A stretch of 28,389 nt of DNA from Candidatus Nanopusillus sp. (lineage in GTDB: Archaea; Nanobdellota; Nanobdellia; Nanobdellales; Nanobdellaceae), in contig JAWDOO010000007.1 of the NCBI GenBank assembly GCA_046533775.1, positions 1-28,389 of the forward strand. Reading direction: 5' to 3'. Made by a program: the position numbers and the translations under genes. Of the stretch, positions 8,522 to 16,846 are shown in pieces (position 1 is the stretch's first letter; each line of letters starts with the position of its first letter). The notes under the pieces were generated by a model. That model did not search any database. It was given only the letters and a program-made list of their open reading frames with translations, and was not told the DNA's origin.

Positions 8522-9421
8522 TTAGATATTTTGAGCATTTAAGTCTGTATATGTATATTCTCTAAAATAATATTTCTTCAGATAATTTCTAAATAATTTA
8601 TATAAAATAATTTTTGATAATCTTTTTATATAATTTTTATCAAATATCGATAAATATTCTATATAATCTTTTAATGATATATTATAACCGGTATTATAGA
8701 TAACATTTAATTGAATTTTATAACTTATTATTCTATCTATTTGATTTTTACATCTTGATTTTTCATAAATATATTGATGATCATGCAAAGCCATTTCCAA
8801 CATTTGTTTATTAAATTTGCCACTTGTTAAGTTTTCTTCATGTCTTCTAAAGTATGTTAATGGCTCGTCTAATTTTATAATTTTTTTATTGAAATAACAC
8901 AAAAGACCATTATCTACAGAATAATATATTTTTCTTAGATATTCTATTAATTTATTTTTGTCTTTAATATTTAGAATTATACAGCTATCATTACCTTTTA
9001 TATATTCTGGTTTTTTTAGTGGTCTACCTTTCCAATCATGAGTTACTATAATTTTATGAAATATTATATATTCATCATAATTTTTTATTTTCTCAATTAC
9101 TTCAAATATTCTACTAATCTTATTTTCAGTAAACATATCATCATCTTCTAATAAAAATATTAAATTATTAGAAGCAGCTTTTATTCCTTCAGAAAATGTT
9201 CTACCAATATAATGATCTGGATCATCTGGATCTAAATTTATTATTTTATAATTGGGAAAATTTTCTTTAATATAATTATCTATTTTTTCATCTTGATAAT
9301 ATTTTACTACAATTACTTCAATATCGTTTAAATCTATTCCTTTTTGATTTTTAATACTTTGTAATGCATCTAAAATATATTTTTTTCTTTTATAATCAAT
9401 AACTACTACTGAAGCTTTCAT
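8522..9421 (-). CDS. Glycosyltransferase, family 2 (GT-A fold)
   Basis: 299-aa ORF with an N-terminal SVVVIDYKRKKYILDALQSIKNQ Rossmann-like start and LLEDDDMF (DxD). Confidence 0.8.
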   Translation of the reverse strand: MKASVVVIDYKRKKYILDALQSIKNQKGIDLNDIEVIVVKYYQDEKIDNYIKENFPNYKIINLDPDDPDHYIGRTFSEGIKAASNNLIFLLEDDDMFTENKISRIFEVIEKIKNYDEYIIFHKIIVTHDWKGRPLKKPEYIKGNDSCIILNIKDKNKLIEYLRKIYYSVDNGLLCYFNKKIIKLDEPLTYFRRHEENLTSGKFNKQMLEMALHDHQYIYEKSRCKNQIDRIISYKIQLNVIYNTGYNISLKDYIEYLSIFDKNYIKRLSKIILYKLFRNYLKKYYFREYTYTDLNAQNI

Positions 9422-9424
9422 AAA
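9068..9424. repeat. Copy B of the 357-bp near-identical duplication (partner 1..357)
   Basis: See the 1..357 feature. Covers the first 118 codons of the GT2 gene plus 3 nt of 5' flank. Confidence 0.9.
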
Positions 9425-9466
9425 AAAATATAATAAAAAATAAATTTAAAATAATTTATTAATAAG

Positions 9467-10291
9467 CTATACTACCATATAATTTAAATTTTCATCTAAT
9501 GAATAGAAGTCAATAGATAATAATTTTTTAGCTTTTGAAATATCAAGAGAAGAATCAAATGGTCTTTTTGCAATCCAACTTTTTACATTATCTACCTCTT
9601 TTATTATTCCATCAAGATTAAATTTTTCTTTAATTTTTAAAGCTAATTCATATCTTGAAATTCTTTCTCCTGCAATATTAATTATTCCAGTTTTTTTATA
9701 TTGAATTATTTCATTAATAGCTTCAGCAAGTTTTCTTGCAGATATTGGAGAATAATAACCTTTGAATGCATTAACTTCTTTATTCTCTTTTAATGTTTTA
9801 TAGACATAAATAGGAAAACCTTTATTCCTAAAGATTCCAGAAGTTCTTATAACTAAACTATCATCATATGATAAAGCATAAGTATCCCCCAACAATTTTG
9901 TAAGTCCATAGTAATTTATTGGATTAGGTAGATCTTCCTCTTTATATAAACCTTTTTGTCCATCAAATACGTAATCTGTACTTATTTGTATAAAATATGC
10001 CTCTATAACCCTAGCCACTCTTACTATATGTTTTACTACCTCTGCATTAACTTTATATGCAATATCTTTTTCAGTTTCACATTTATCTACATCTGTAATA
10101 GCAGCAGTATTAATTATAATATCTGGCTTTTTCTTTAATATGAAATCTTCAACTATAGAAAAATTAGTTAAATCTAATTTATATCCATCTTTTATTTCAT
10201 TTGAATTATAAACTTTAATTAAATCTCCCTGTAAAATATTAGAAAGTTCTAAACCCAATTGTCCAGAAGCACCAAATAGTAATATTTTCAT
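9467..10291 (-). CDS. rmlD: dTDP-4-dehydrorhamnose reductase
   Basis: MKILLFGASGQLG Rossmann N-terminus (ATG at 10289..10291, preferred over the ORF-track start at 10339, which would overlap rmlC). YYGLTKLLGD contains the YxxxK catalytic pair. Confidence 0.85.
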   Translation of the reverse strand: MKILLFGASGQLGLELSNILQGDLIKVYNSNEIKDGYKLDLTNFSIVEDFILKKKPDIIINTAAITDVDKCETEKDIAYKVNAEVVKHIVRVARVIEAYFIQISTDYVFDGQKGLYKEEDLPNPINYYGLTKLLGDTYALSYDDSLVIRTSGIFRNKGFPIYVYKTLKENKEVNAFKGYYSPISARKLAEAINEIIQYKKTGIINIAGERISRYELALKIKEKFNLDGIIKEVDNVKSWIAKRPFDSSLDISKAKKLLSIDFYSLDENLNYMVV

Positions 10292-10328
10292 AGTTAAATT
10301 GTTTAAAATTAAAAATATAAAATTTTTC

Positions 10329-10862
10329 TTAAAATTCAAAAACTTCTGCTTTATCTAATATAGGACACTTAGAATCTTTTTCACTAACTATTATATCTTT
10401 TATAGGCCAATCTATTATTGAATAATGAATACATCTTTCATGTTGCGGTGAATATTCATTGTTTGTTACAAAATACAATACTATTGAATCTTCTAAAGCC
10501 TGAAATCCATGAGCAAAACCTGACGGTATCCATAACATATAATGATTTTCTTCACTTAATTCTACAGAAACATACTTTCCAAATGTTTTAGAATTTTTTC
10601 TTATATCTAATGCAACATCTAATATTTTACCTTTTATTACTGTTACTATTTTCCCCTGCTCTTTTGGATCTATTTGATAATGTAAACCTCTAACTACTCC
10701 TCTTTTAGAATAAGATATATTAACCTGCAATGGCTTTGGAATTCCTATTTTTTGAAAATCAGATTCCTTAAATATTTCTTTAAAATATCCTCTATTATCT
10801 AGAAATACTTTTGGTTTAATTAAGATTAATCCTAGTTCTAATTTTTCAAATTCAAATGGCAT
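10329..10862 (-). CDS. rmlC: dTDP-4-dehydrorhamnose 3,5-epimerase
   Basis: 177-aa cupin with VVRGLHYQ and GFAHGFQAL motifs. Confidence 0.9.
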   Translation of the reverse strand: MPFEFEKLELGLILIKPKVFLDNRGYFKEIFKESDFQKIGIPKPLQVNISYSKRGVVRGLHYQIDPKEQGKIVTVIKGKILDVALDIRKNSKTFGKYVSVELSEENHYMLWIPSGFAHGFQALEDSIVLYFVTNNEYSPQHERCIHYSIIDWPIKDIIVSEKDSKCPILDKAEVFEF

Positions 10863-10912
10863 TAAATAATTTAGTAAATAAATTTTTAAAATAGAATTTG
10901 AATAAACTATTT
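10863..10912. promoter_or_regulatory. Divergent promoter region between rmlC-rmlD (minus) and rmlA-rmlB (plus)
   Basis: This is the only non-coding DNA between the two divergent gene pairs (50 nt if rmlA starts at 10913). It contains the TATA-like aaatttttaaaata about 20-35 nt upstream of the rmlA ATG. TATA-like strings are not discriminating in DNA this AT-rich. Confidence 0.3.
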
Positions 10913-11950
10913 ATGCAAGCAGTAATATTACATGGAGGTCAAGGAACTAGATTAAGACCTTTAACACATACAGGACCTAAACAATTAATAAAAATTGCTG
11001 GAAAACCTGTATCTCAATGGGTTTTAGAACAATTAAGAGACTCTGGAATAAAAGATATAATTATTATTTTAGGTAATAATAATCCAAACAGAGTAACTGA
11101 ATATTATGGCGATGGTTCTCAATTTGGAGTAAATATTACATATGTATACCAAGGAAAAGCCAGAGGATTAGCAGATGCTGTATATAGAGTAAAAGATTTA
11201 GTTGAAGATAAATTTATTGTTTATTTGGGTGATAATATAATACCATATCATGATCTTCCTTCTTTTATTTCTTTTAAAGGTTCTGCATCTATACTTTTAG
11301 CAAAAGTTCCAAATCCAAGTAGATTTGGTGTAGCTATAATAAAAGATGGAAAAGTTATAAAATTAATAGAAAAACCAAAAGAACCAATATCTGATTTAGC
11401 ATTGGTAGGTGTTTATGCATTTACAAGAGATATATTTGATATAATAGAAACATTAAGACCATCTTGGAGGGGAGAATTAGAAATAACAGATGCTATACAA
11501 GGTTTAATAGATAACGGAAAGGAAGTTGAATATAAAATAATTGATAGCTGGTGGAAAGATACAGGAACTCCTGAAGATATTTTAGAGGCAAATTCTTTTC
11601 TTTTAGATATGTATATTAAAAGAAAAATAGAAGGCGAAATTATAGAATCAAATATAGATGGGAGGGTATATATTGAAAAGGGAGCAGTAATTAAAAATTC
11701 TATAATTAGAGGCCCTGCTTTTATAGGAAAAGGAAGTATAATAACAAATTCATATATAGGTCCATTTACTTCAATTGGAGAAAATTGTGAAATATCTAAT
11801 AGTGAAATAGAATATAGTGTAATATTAGACAATGTTAAAATAGATGATGTATCTATAATAGACTCTTTGATTGGAAATAATTCAAATATAAGAAGGGGAA
11901 GAAAAAAGAGCAAATTAATAATAGGAGAAAATTCTCAAATAGAAATATGA
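10913..11950 (+). CDS. rmlA: Glucose-1-phosphate thymidylyltransferase (long archaeal form with a C-terminal left-handed beta-helix)
   Basis: MQAVILHGGQGTRLRPLT nucleotidyltransferase signature and C-terminal hexapeptide-like repeats (IGKGSIITNSYIGPFTSIGENCEISNSEI...). ATG at 10913 is preferred over TTG at 10898. The stop overlaps the rmlB start (ATGA). Confidence 0.85.
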   Translation: MQAVILHGGQGTRLRPLTHTGPKQLIKIAGKPVSQWVLEQLRDSGIKDIIIILGNNNPNRVTEYYGDGSQFGVNITYVYQGKARGLADAVYRVKDLVEDKFIVYLGDNIIPYHDLPSFISFKGSASILLAKVPNPSRFGVAIIKDGKVIKLIEKPKEPISDLALVGVYAFTRDIFDIIETLRPSWRGELEITDAIQGLIDNGKEVEYKIIDSWWKDTGTPEDILEANSFLLDMYIKRKIEGEIIESNIDGRVYIEKGAVIKNSIIRGPAFIGKGSIITNSYIGPFTSIGENCEISNSEIEYSVILDNVKIDDVSIIDSLIGNNSNIRRGRKKSKLIIGENSQIEI

Positions 11951-12903
11951 AAATAGCAGTTTTAGGGGGTGCTGGATTTATAGGATCTGCTTTTGTAAGA
12001 GAATTAAATAAAAGAGGAATTAAACCTATTGTAATAGATTTATTAACATATGCAGGAAGATTAGAAAATTTAAAGGATACAGAACATGAATTTATAAAAG
12101 CAGATATTAGAGATTCTTCAACTCAAGAATTATTACAAAATGTTGATATAGTAGTTAATTTTGCTGCTGAAACTCATGTTGATAGATCTATTTATAAACC
12201 TCAAGATTTTGTAACTACAAATGTTTTAGGTACAATAAATATTTTAGAAGCTGCTAGGAGATTTAATTTTAAATATGTGCATATTTCTACAGATGAGGTA
12301 TATGGAGATTTATATGGAGAAGAATGCGCAGATGAAAATTCTCCATTAAATCCCTCATCCCCTTATAGTGCATCAAAGGCTTCCGCAGATTTATTTATTA
12401 AAGCGTATATAAGAACTTATGGAATTAATGCAATAATAATTAGACCTTGTAATAATTATGGTCCAAGGCAATTTCCAGAGAAATTTATACCAAAAGCAAT
12501 AATAAGAACTTTAATAGGATTAGAAGTTCCAATATATGGAGATGGTAAACAAGAAAGAGATTGGATGTATGTAGAAGATACCGCAAGAATTATTTTTGAT
12601 ATAATTTCTAAAGCAAATTGGAAAGGAGAAGTATATAATCTAACTGGAAAACAAAGAGTTACAAATTTAGAATTAATTAAATTATTGGGAGAAGTGATAG
12701 GAAAAGAAATAAAAATAAAATTTGTATCTGATAGGCCAGGTCATGATAAAAGATATTGTATGAAAACTTCTCTATCTTATGAAGTAACACCATTAAAAGA
12801 AGGATTAAGAAAAACCTATGAATGGTACGTTAAAAATGAATGGTGGTGGAAACCTTTAATAAATGATAAATTCTTCAAAGAAGATGAACCTTGGAAAAAA
12901 TAA
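11947..12903 (+). CDS. rmlB: dTDP-glucose 4,6-dehydratase
   Basis: 318 aa with GGAGFIGS, STDEVYG and YSASKASAD (YxxxK). Confidence 0.9.
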   Translation: MKIAVLGGAGFIGSAFVRELNKRGIKPIVIDLLTYAGRLENLKDTEHEFIKADIRDSSTQELLQNVDIVVNFAAETHVDRSIYKPQDFVTTNVLGTINILEAARRFNFKYVHISTDEVYGDLYGEECADENSPLNPSSPYSASKASADLFIKAYIRTYGINAIIIRPCNNYGPRQFPEKFIPKAIIRTLIGLEVPIYGDGKQERDWMYVEDTARIIFDIISKANWKGEVYNLTGKQRVTNLELIKLLGEVIGKEIKIKFVSDRPGHDKRYCMKTSLSYEVTPLKEGLRKTYEWYVKNEWWWKPLINDKFFKEDEPWKK

Positions 12904-12938
12904 TTAAAAATTCTAATATAAAAAATACTTAAAAAATT

Positions 12939-14306
12939 TTATGAAGAAACTGAATTTATAATTGTGTTGCCTTGTCCTGATTGTAATACTATTATTGGAA
13001 TATATGTTTGTCCTACATTATATTCTGGATAAGGTGTAGATGTACCTGTATATACACTTATAGTTCCATTAAATATACTATAAGTATTGATAAGTCCCGT
13101 ACTTGTTGGATTTGGGTTATTTATACTATTTATAACCTGATCTGCAATATTTATCATAGTCTCTGCTTCTTGCTCTTGACCATAATTTTGGAAATTTATA
13201 ACAACACTACCTCCACCACTTGAAGGTGCGCTGGGTAGATAACCCCATAATGCATTGGGATCACCATACACAATATAGCCATCTTGATTGCCATCCTGAA
13301 TTAACATAGTATACTGACCTAAGTTATTTAGTACATCATCAAGAGTTGAACCATTAGCTGGTGATGCAGTCACTGCAATATTTGCAGGTTCATTAGGCTG
13401 AATAGATATTACTGGTATATTATTTTGATTACTTGATAGACTCATATATTGCAGATCTGCTCTATCAATAAGTATATATGCATTCCAATTATTTTGTTGT
13501 GCAGCACTAACTAAATCTTGTATAGTAATATAATTATTATTTTCTGGATTATAAACTTCTACATATTGAACTGGTATTTCTAATATTACATTAGCTCCAC
13601 TAGAACTTACAGTTCCTTGTACATATGCGATTCCATTTTCTATTTGAACAGAATTAATTTGTATTGCTGAAATATCGTAAGGATTATTACCAAATAATGT
13701 TTCTTCTAGAGTATTCATATTCTGTAATTCACTTTCTAAATTCTGATATTGTTGTTCTAATCCTTGATATTCATTTTGTAAATTCTTTAGTTGGTTTTGT
13801 AAATTCTGATCTTGGCTTTGTAAATTTTGTAACTGTTGTTGTAATTCTTGATATTGCTGATCTGTTAATGATTCTTGATATTGATGATTTAAAATATGAA
13901 AACTTCCTAATAATATTGCAGCACCAAATCCTAAAACGCTACCAATAGAACCTGCTATAATAGGAACTATAATATTAGATCTTCCATAATATATTTTTCC
14001 TTTTTCTGCCTGTTTTTCCATATTGTAATAAATATATGCTTTAGCACTATAATATGCAATTCTACCATACTCATTTGAGAAAATTAATGTTCTCATTAAT
14101 GCATTAGGTATAATATATTTAGCCGTCTCTACTTTTTCTTTAATTTTATTTCCTGTATTTGTAACATATTTATTAGCTATCTCTAAATCTTCTCTAATTA
14201 TATTTCCTATTCTATTTCCTAAATTTTTTATTCCATATACAACTCTATTTCCTGTATTCTCAAATCTTTGTTTAGGGAATAATATTTTCTCTAATAAACT
14301 TACCAT
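12939..14306 (-). CDS. Membrane-anchored Q/N-rich coiled-coil protein with a beta-rich C-terminal domain (putative surface protein)
   Basis: One hydrophobic span (IIVPIIAGSIGSVLGFGAAILLGSF), followed by QYQELQQQLQNLQSQDQNLQNQLKNLQNEYQGLEQQYQNLESELQ, then about 260 aa rich in N/S/T/G/Y/I. ATG at 14304..14306; the ORF track extends to a TTG at 14366. No family recognised. Confidence 0.6.
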   Translation of the reverse strand: MVSLLEKILFPKQRFENTGNRVVYGIKNLGNRIGNIIREDLEIANKYVTNTGNKIKEKVETAKYIIPNALMRTLIFSNEYGRIAYYSAKAYIYYNMEKQAEKGKIYYGRSNIIVPIIAGSIGSVLGFGAAILLGSFHILNHQYQESLTDQQYQELQQQLQNLQSQDQNLQNQLKNLQNEYQGLEQQYQNLESELQNMNTLEETLFGNNPYDISAIQINSVQIENGIAYVQGTVSSSGANVILEIPVQYVEVYNPENNNYITIQDLVSAAQQNNWNAYILIDRADLQYMSLSSNQNNIPVISIQPNEPANIAVTASPANGSTLDDVLNNLGQYTMLIQDGNQDGYIVYGDPNALWGYLPSAPSSGGGSVVINFQNYGQEQEAETMINIADQVINSINNPNPTSTGLINTYSIFNGTISVYTGTSTPYPEYNVGQTYIPIIVLQSGQGNTIINSVSS

Positions 14307-14443
14307 ATAGTAATACTTAAGTAAAAATTTAAAAGGCTTATTTTTACCTTTATAACTAAAAAACAAGCGATCAAATATTATAATTCGATAAATTATATTT
14401 ATTTAGTAAATATTTAGATTTAGAAAACATTATTAATATTACA

Positions 14444-14985
14444 GTAAAAGCAATAATATTTTCAGATGAATATAATAAAAGATTATTTCCATTAACTTTA
14501 AAAAAGCCAAACTATAGATAAAAATAAAAGATAAACTAATTTTACAATGGCAAATAAAATGGTTAATTAAACAAAATATAAAAGAAATAGTTTTAGCTGT
14601 TGGATATTTAAAATCTAAAATATTTGAAACCATAGGTGATGGTTCTCAATTTGGAGTAAAAAATATATTATAGTGTCAAAGAAGAACCTTTAGGAACTGG
14701 AGGAGCTATTAAAAAGGATAAGATATATTGATGAAAATATATTTATATTATTAAATATGGAGATATAATTAATAATCTTTCTATAAGACCCCTAATAGAA
14801 AATATAAATAATGATGTTATTGCATCAATTGCTTTAGTACAAATGAGAAGCTCATATGAGATAATTCAAATTGCTAAAGAAAATTATATAACCGAATTCA
14901 GAGAAAAACATTATTAGATTATTTAATTAATGCTGGAATTTATGTTTTTAATAAAGAAATATACAATTATCTACCGGATAAAGGT
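14444..14985 (+). pseudogene. Decayed, 3'-truncated NDP-sugar pyrophosphorylase (nucleotidyltransferase) gene
   Basis: Recognisable pieces in shifting frames: VKAIIFSDEYNKRLFPLTLKKPN (start codon position reads GTA; the GGxGTRL loop is degenerate), LILQWQIKWLIKQNIKEIVLAVGYLKSKIFETIGDGSQFGVK, YSVKEEPLGTGGAIKK, GDIINNLSIRPLIENINNDVIASIALVQM, LINAGIYVFNKEIYNYLPDKG. There are at least 5 stops or frameshifts. Confidence 0.75.
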
Positions 14986-15419
14986 AAGTTAATCTATTAT
15001 TTTTTAAAGTTTAATTATAAACAATATTTAACCATATATCAAATAACAATTAACATATAATAAGGCTATAAATAGCAATTGTATCTTTAACAATATTGTT
15101 AACACTAAGCCTTTATTGATCAATATATCAAGGAACTGACAATTCTAATATCCTCATAAAGTTACCTTTTACAGTTATAAGAAGTTATATAAGAATATGT
15201 AGGAATAACTTCAGAATTGTACAAAATTTATAAGCAGTGACTTATATAACATTATCTATGAAAAAGAAAAAGTATACTACTATGCTTCTTTTTGATTTAC
15301 AAAGCAATAAAAGAATATTGAGTTCGCTAGTAGAAATAGAAGATAATATCAACAAGCATATGACAGTAGAAAAGAATATATTAATATAAACACTAAATTT
15401 CCTAAAGCTACTGATAAAG

Positions 15420-16309
15420 ATGAATTTAAAAAATAATATTTTATTTGCATTGTGGATGTTAACAAAGCCTTATGGATTTCAAAATTTATTACATTTTTAT
15501 CTAAAAAAGGGAAAAATAAAATTTCCCAACAACTTTTCTATAACGATTAATAAAAATAATTTTATAGATATATTACAACTCTATAGGTTCGCAACTATAT
15601 ATGGAGTAAATATTAACAAACGTTGGAAAGTAAATGAACAGAACTATACTATTACTACTCCTTGTGGACTTAAATTTTCTTTAGAAGGTTTTGATGCACT
15701 AATTTTTGCTGAAACCTTTTGTATGATTCTCACTTCGTTGACTTTGATCTTACTGGAAAGATTGTAATACATGCTGGCGCTTATGTAGGAGAGACCGCAC
15801 TATATTATGCCAATAGAGGAGCTATAGTTTATGCTTTTGAGCCAAATCCAGATTGTTACAGGATAGCAAGCTTAAACCTTAAACTTAATCCTGAACTAGC
15901 TAAAAACATTGTTCTTGAGAATTATGCTATAGGCGAAGATAGTTATGTAGAATTTCCCAATATAAAATGCAATGGAGGTGCTAGCGTTTACAGTAATATT
16001 AAGGATAAAGTTAAAGTTAGGAGCATGAGTATTTCTACTATTTTAAAAGAATTCAAGATAAATAATCCAGATATACTTGATATAGATATTAAAGGTGAGG
16101 AGTTTAAAGTTATAAATGATAGAAGTTTAGAGAAATTTAAAATAATAAGAATAGAATATATAACTGAGATAGAAGGTAAAAAGTTGGGTAGTGTGGATGA
16201 TATAATAAATAAATTAAGAGAATATGGCTTCAATAAAATCAGAATTTATAAGCATAATGAGTTAGAATACGATCTTTCTAAACATGGAACAATATATGCA
16301 GTTAAATAA
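15420..16309 (+). pseudogene. FkbM-family methyltransferase paralog split by a single-base frameshift (ORFs 15420..15767 and 15719..16309)
   Basis: The downstream ORF has the SAM-binding IVIHAGAYVGETALYY and DILDIDIKGEEFKVI (FkbM motif). The upstream ORF parallels the N-domain of the 5551..6177 ORF (GLKFSLEGFDALIFAETF vs GIKFKHLYGTILQIFERE). Adding one T to the T4 run at 15717..15720 fuses them as ...IFAETFLYDSHFVDF.... GC is about 37-40% in two hand-counted lines. Confidence 0.75.
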
Positions 16310-16431
16310 CTAATTATAACATTAATAAGCTGGACGCTTCAATAGATTATTTTTATGAATCACTTAAGTTATGAAATATATTGGTTTCATTTATTGCTTA
16401 AGTCATAATATTATATTTATTTAATTAACTT

Positions 16432-16495
16432 TTATTATTCATTTTCTCTTCTTCTATTAAAAAGATAAATGAAGGTAAGTTAAATACAGCAAGTA
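16432..16495 (-). pseudogene. Fossil 5' end of a GT4 glycosyltransferase gene (homologous to 8421..8487)
   Basis: ttattattcattttctcttcttctattaaaaagataaatgaaggtaagttaaatac aligns at roughly 80% with ttattatccatttttcccctcctctattaaaagataaatgcggtaagttaaatat (N-terminus MKITIFNLPHLSFNRGGEKW). The start codon is lost and an indel is present. Confidence 0.55.
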
Positions 16496-16611
16496 CAAAT
16501 CCAATAAAAGTTTTATAATTTATAATATGAGAATATCTAAAACTTTTATGAAGAAACTGGGTTAATCTATATAATTTTCTATTAAAATTTCAAAATAAAT
16601 ACACAAAAAAT

Positions 16612-16635
16612 GTCGGATAACGTTAGTTATCCGAC
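16612..16635. other. Perfect 10-bp stem / 4-nt loop hairpin (gtcggataac-gtta-gttatccgac) in intergenic DNA
   Basis: Read directly. It is GC-richer than its surroundings and flanked by A-rich DNA. No function is assignable. Confidence 0.5.
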
Positions 16636-16846
16636 CATTAAAATACAAAATTAATAAGAACTATAGGGATTAGAGTAAAGGAATAATAAAGGTCTATTAG
16701 GTATAGAAAATTTCTCTTAATATAATAAATATATTTATATTCTAATGTTTTTACTCTAAATAAAACTTAATAAGACTAGACTAGTCTTAAAAGAATGCTA
16801 TATAATTTCTTAAAAGAAGTTTATCTAAAATATAAATAGCTTCTCA

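Noticed and set aside
11413-11913. 166-aa minus-strand ORF inside rmlA
   Set aside because: It is antisense to the well-supported beta-helix domain of rmlA. The repetitive hexapeptide coding keeps the opposite frame open, and no motif is present.
13664-13948. 94-aa plus-strand ORF, and the apparent DNA tandem repeat in the same region
   Set aside because: The ORF is the shadow of the Q/N-rich coiled-coil coding region. The repeated ttgtaaattct-like units are coding low-complexity sequence (QNLQ heptads), not a non-coding tandem repeat or CRISPR.
14439-14633. 64-aa minus-strand ORF
   Set aside because: It overlaps the plus-strand nucleotidyltransferase pseudogene, whose homology signal (GDGSQFGV, EEPLGTGGAIKK) explains the region better. 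The minus-strand product has no features.
15258-15389. 43-aa ORF (MKKKKYTTMLLFDLQSNKRILSSLVEIEDNINKHMTVEKNILI) just upstream of FkbM-2
   Set aside because: It is short, has no motif and lies in a region full of gene debris. It cannot be distinguished from chance.
16362-16403. Imperfect hairpin (acttaag...atgaaa / tttcat...cttaagt) downstream of FkbM-2 as a terminator
   Set aside because: The stem is interrupted by asymmetric bulges and is AT-rich. Archaeal termination does not require hairpins, so the evidence is too weak to call.
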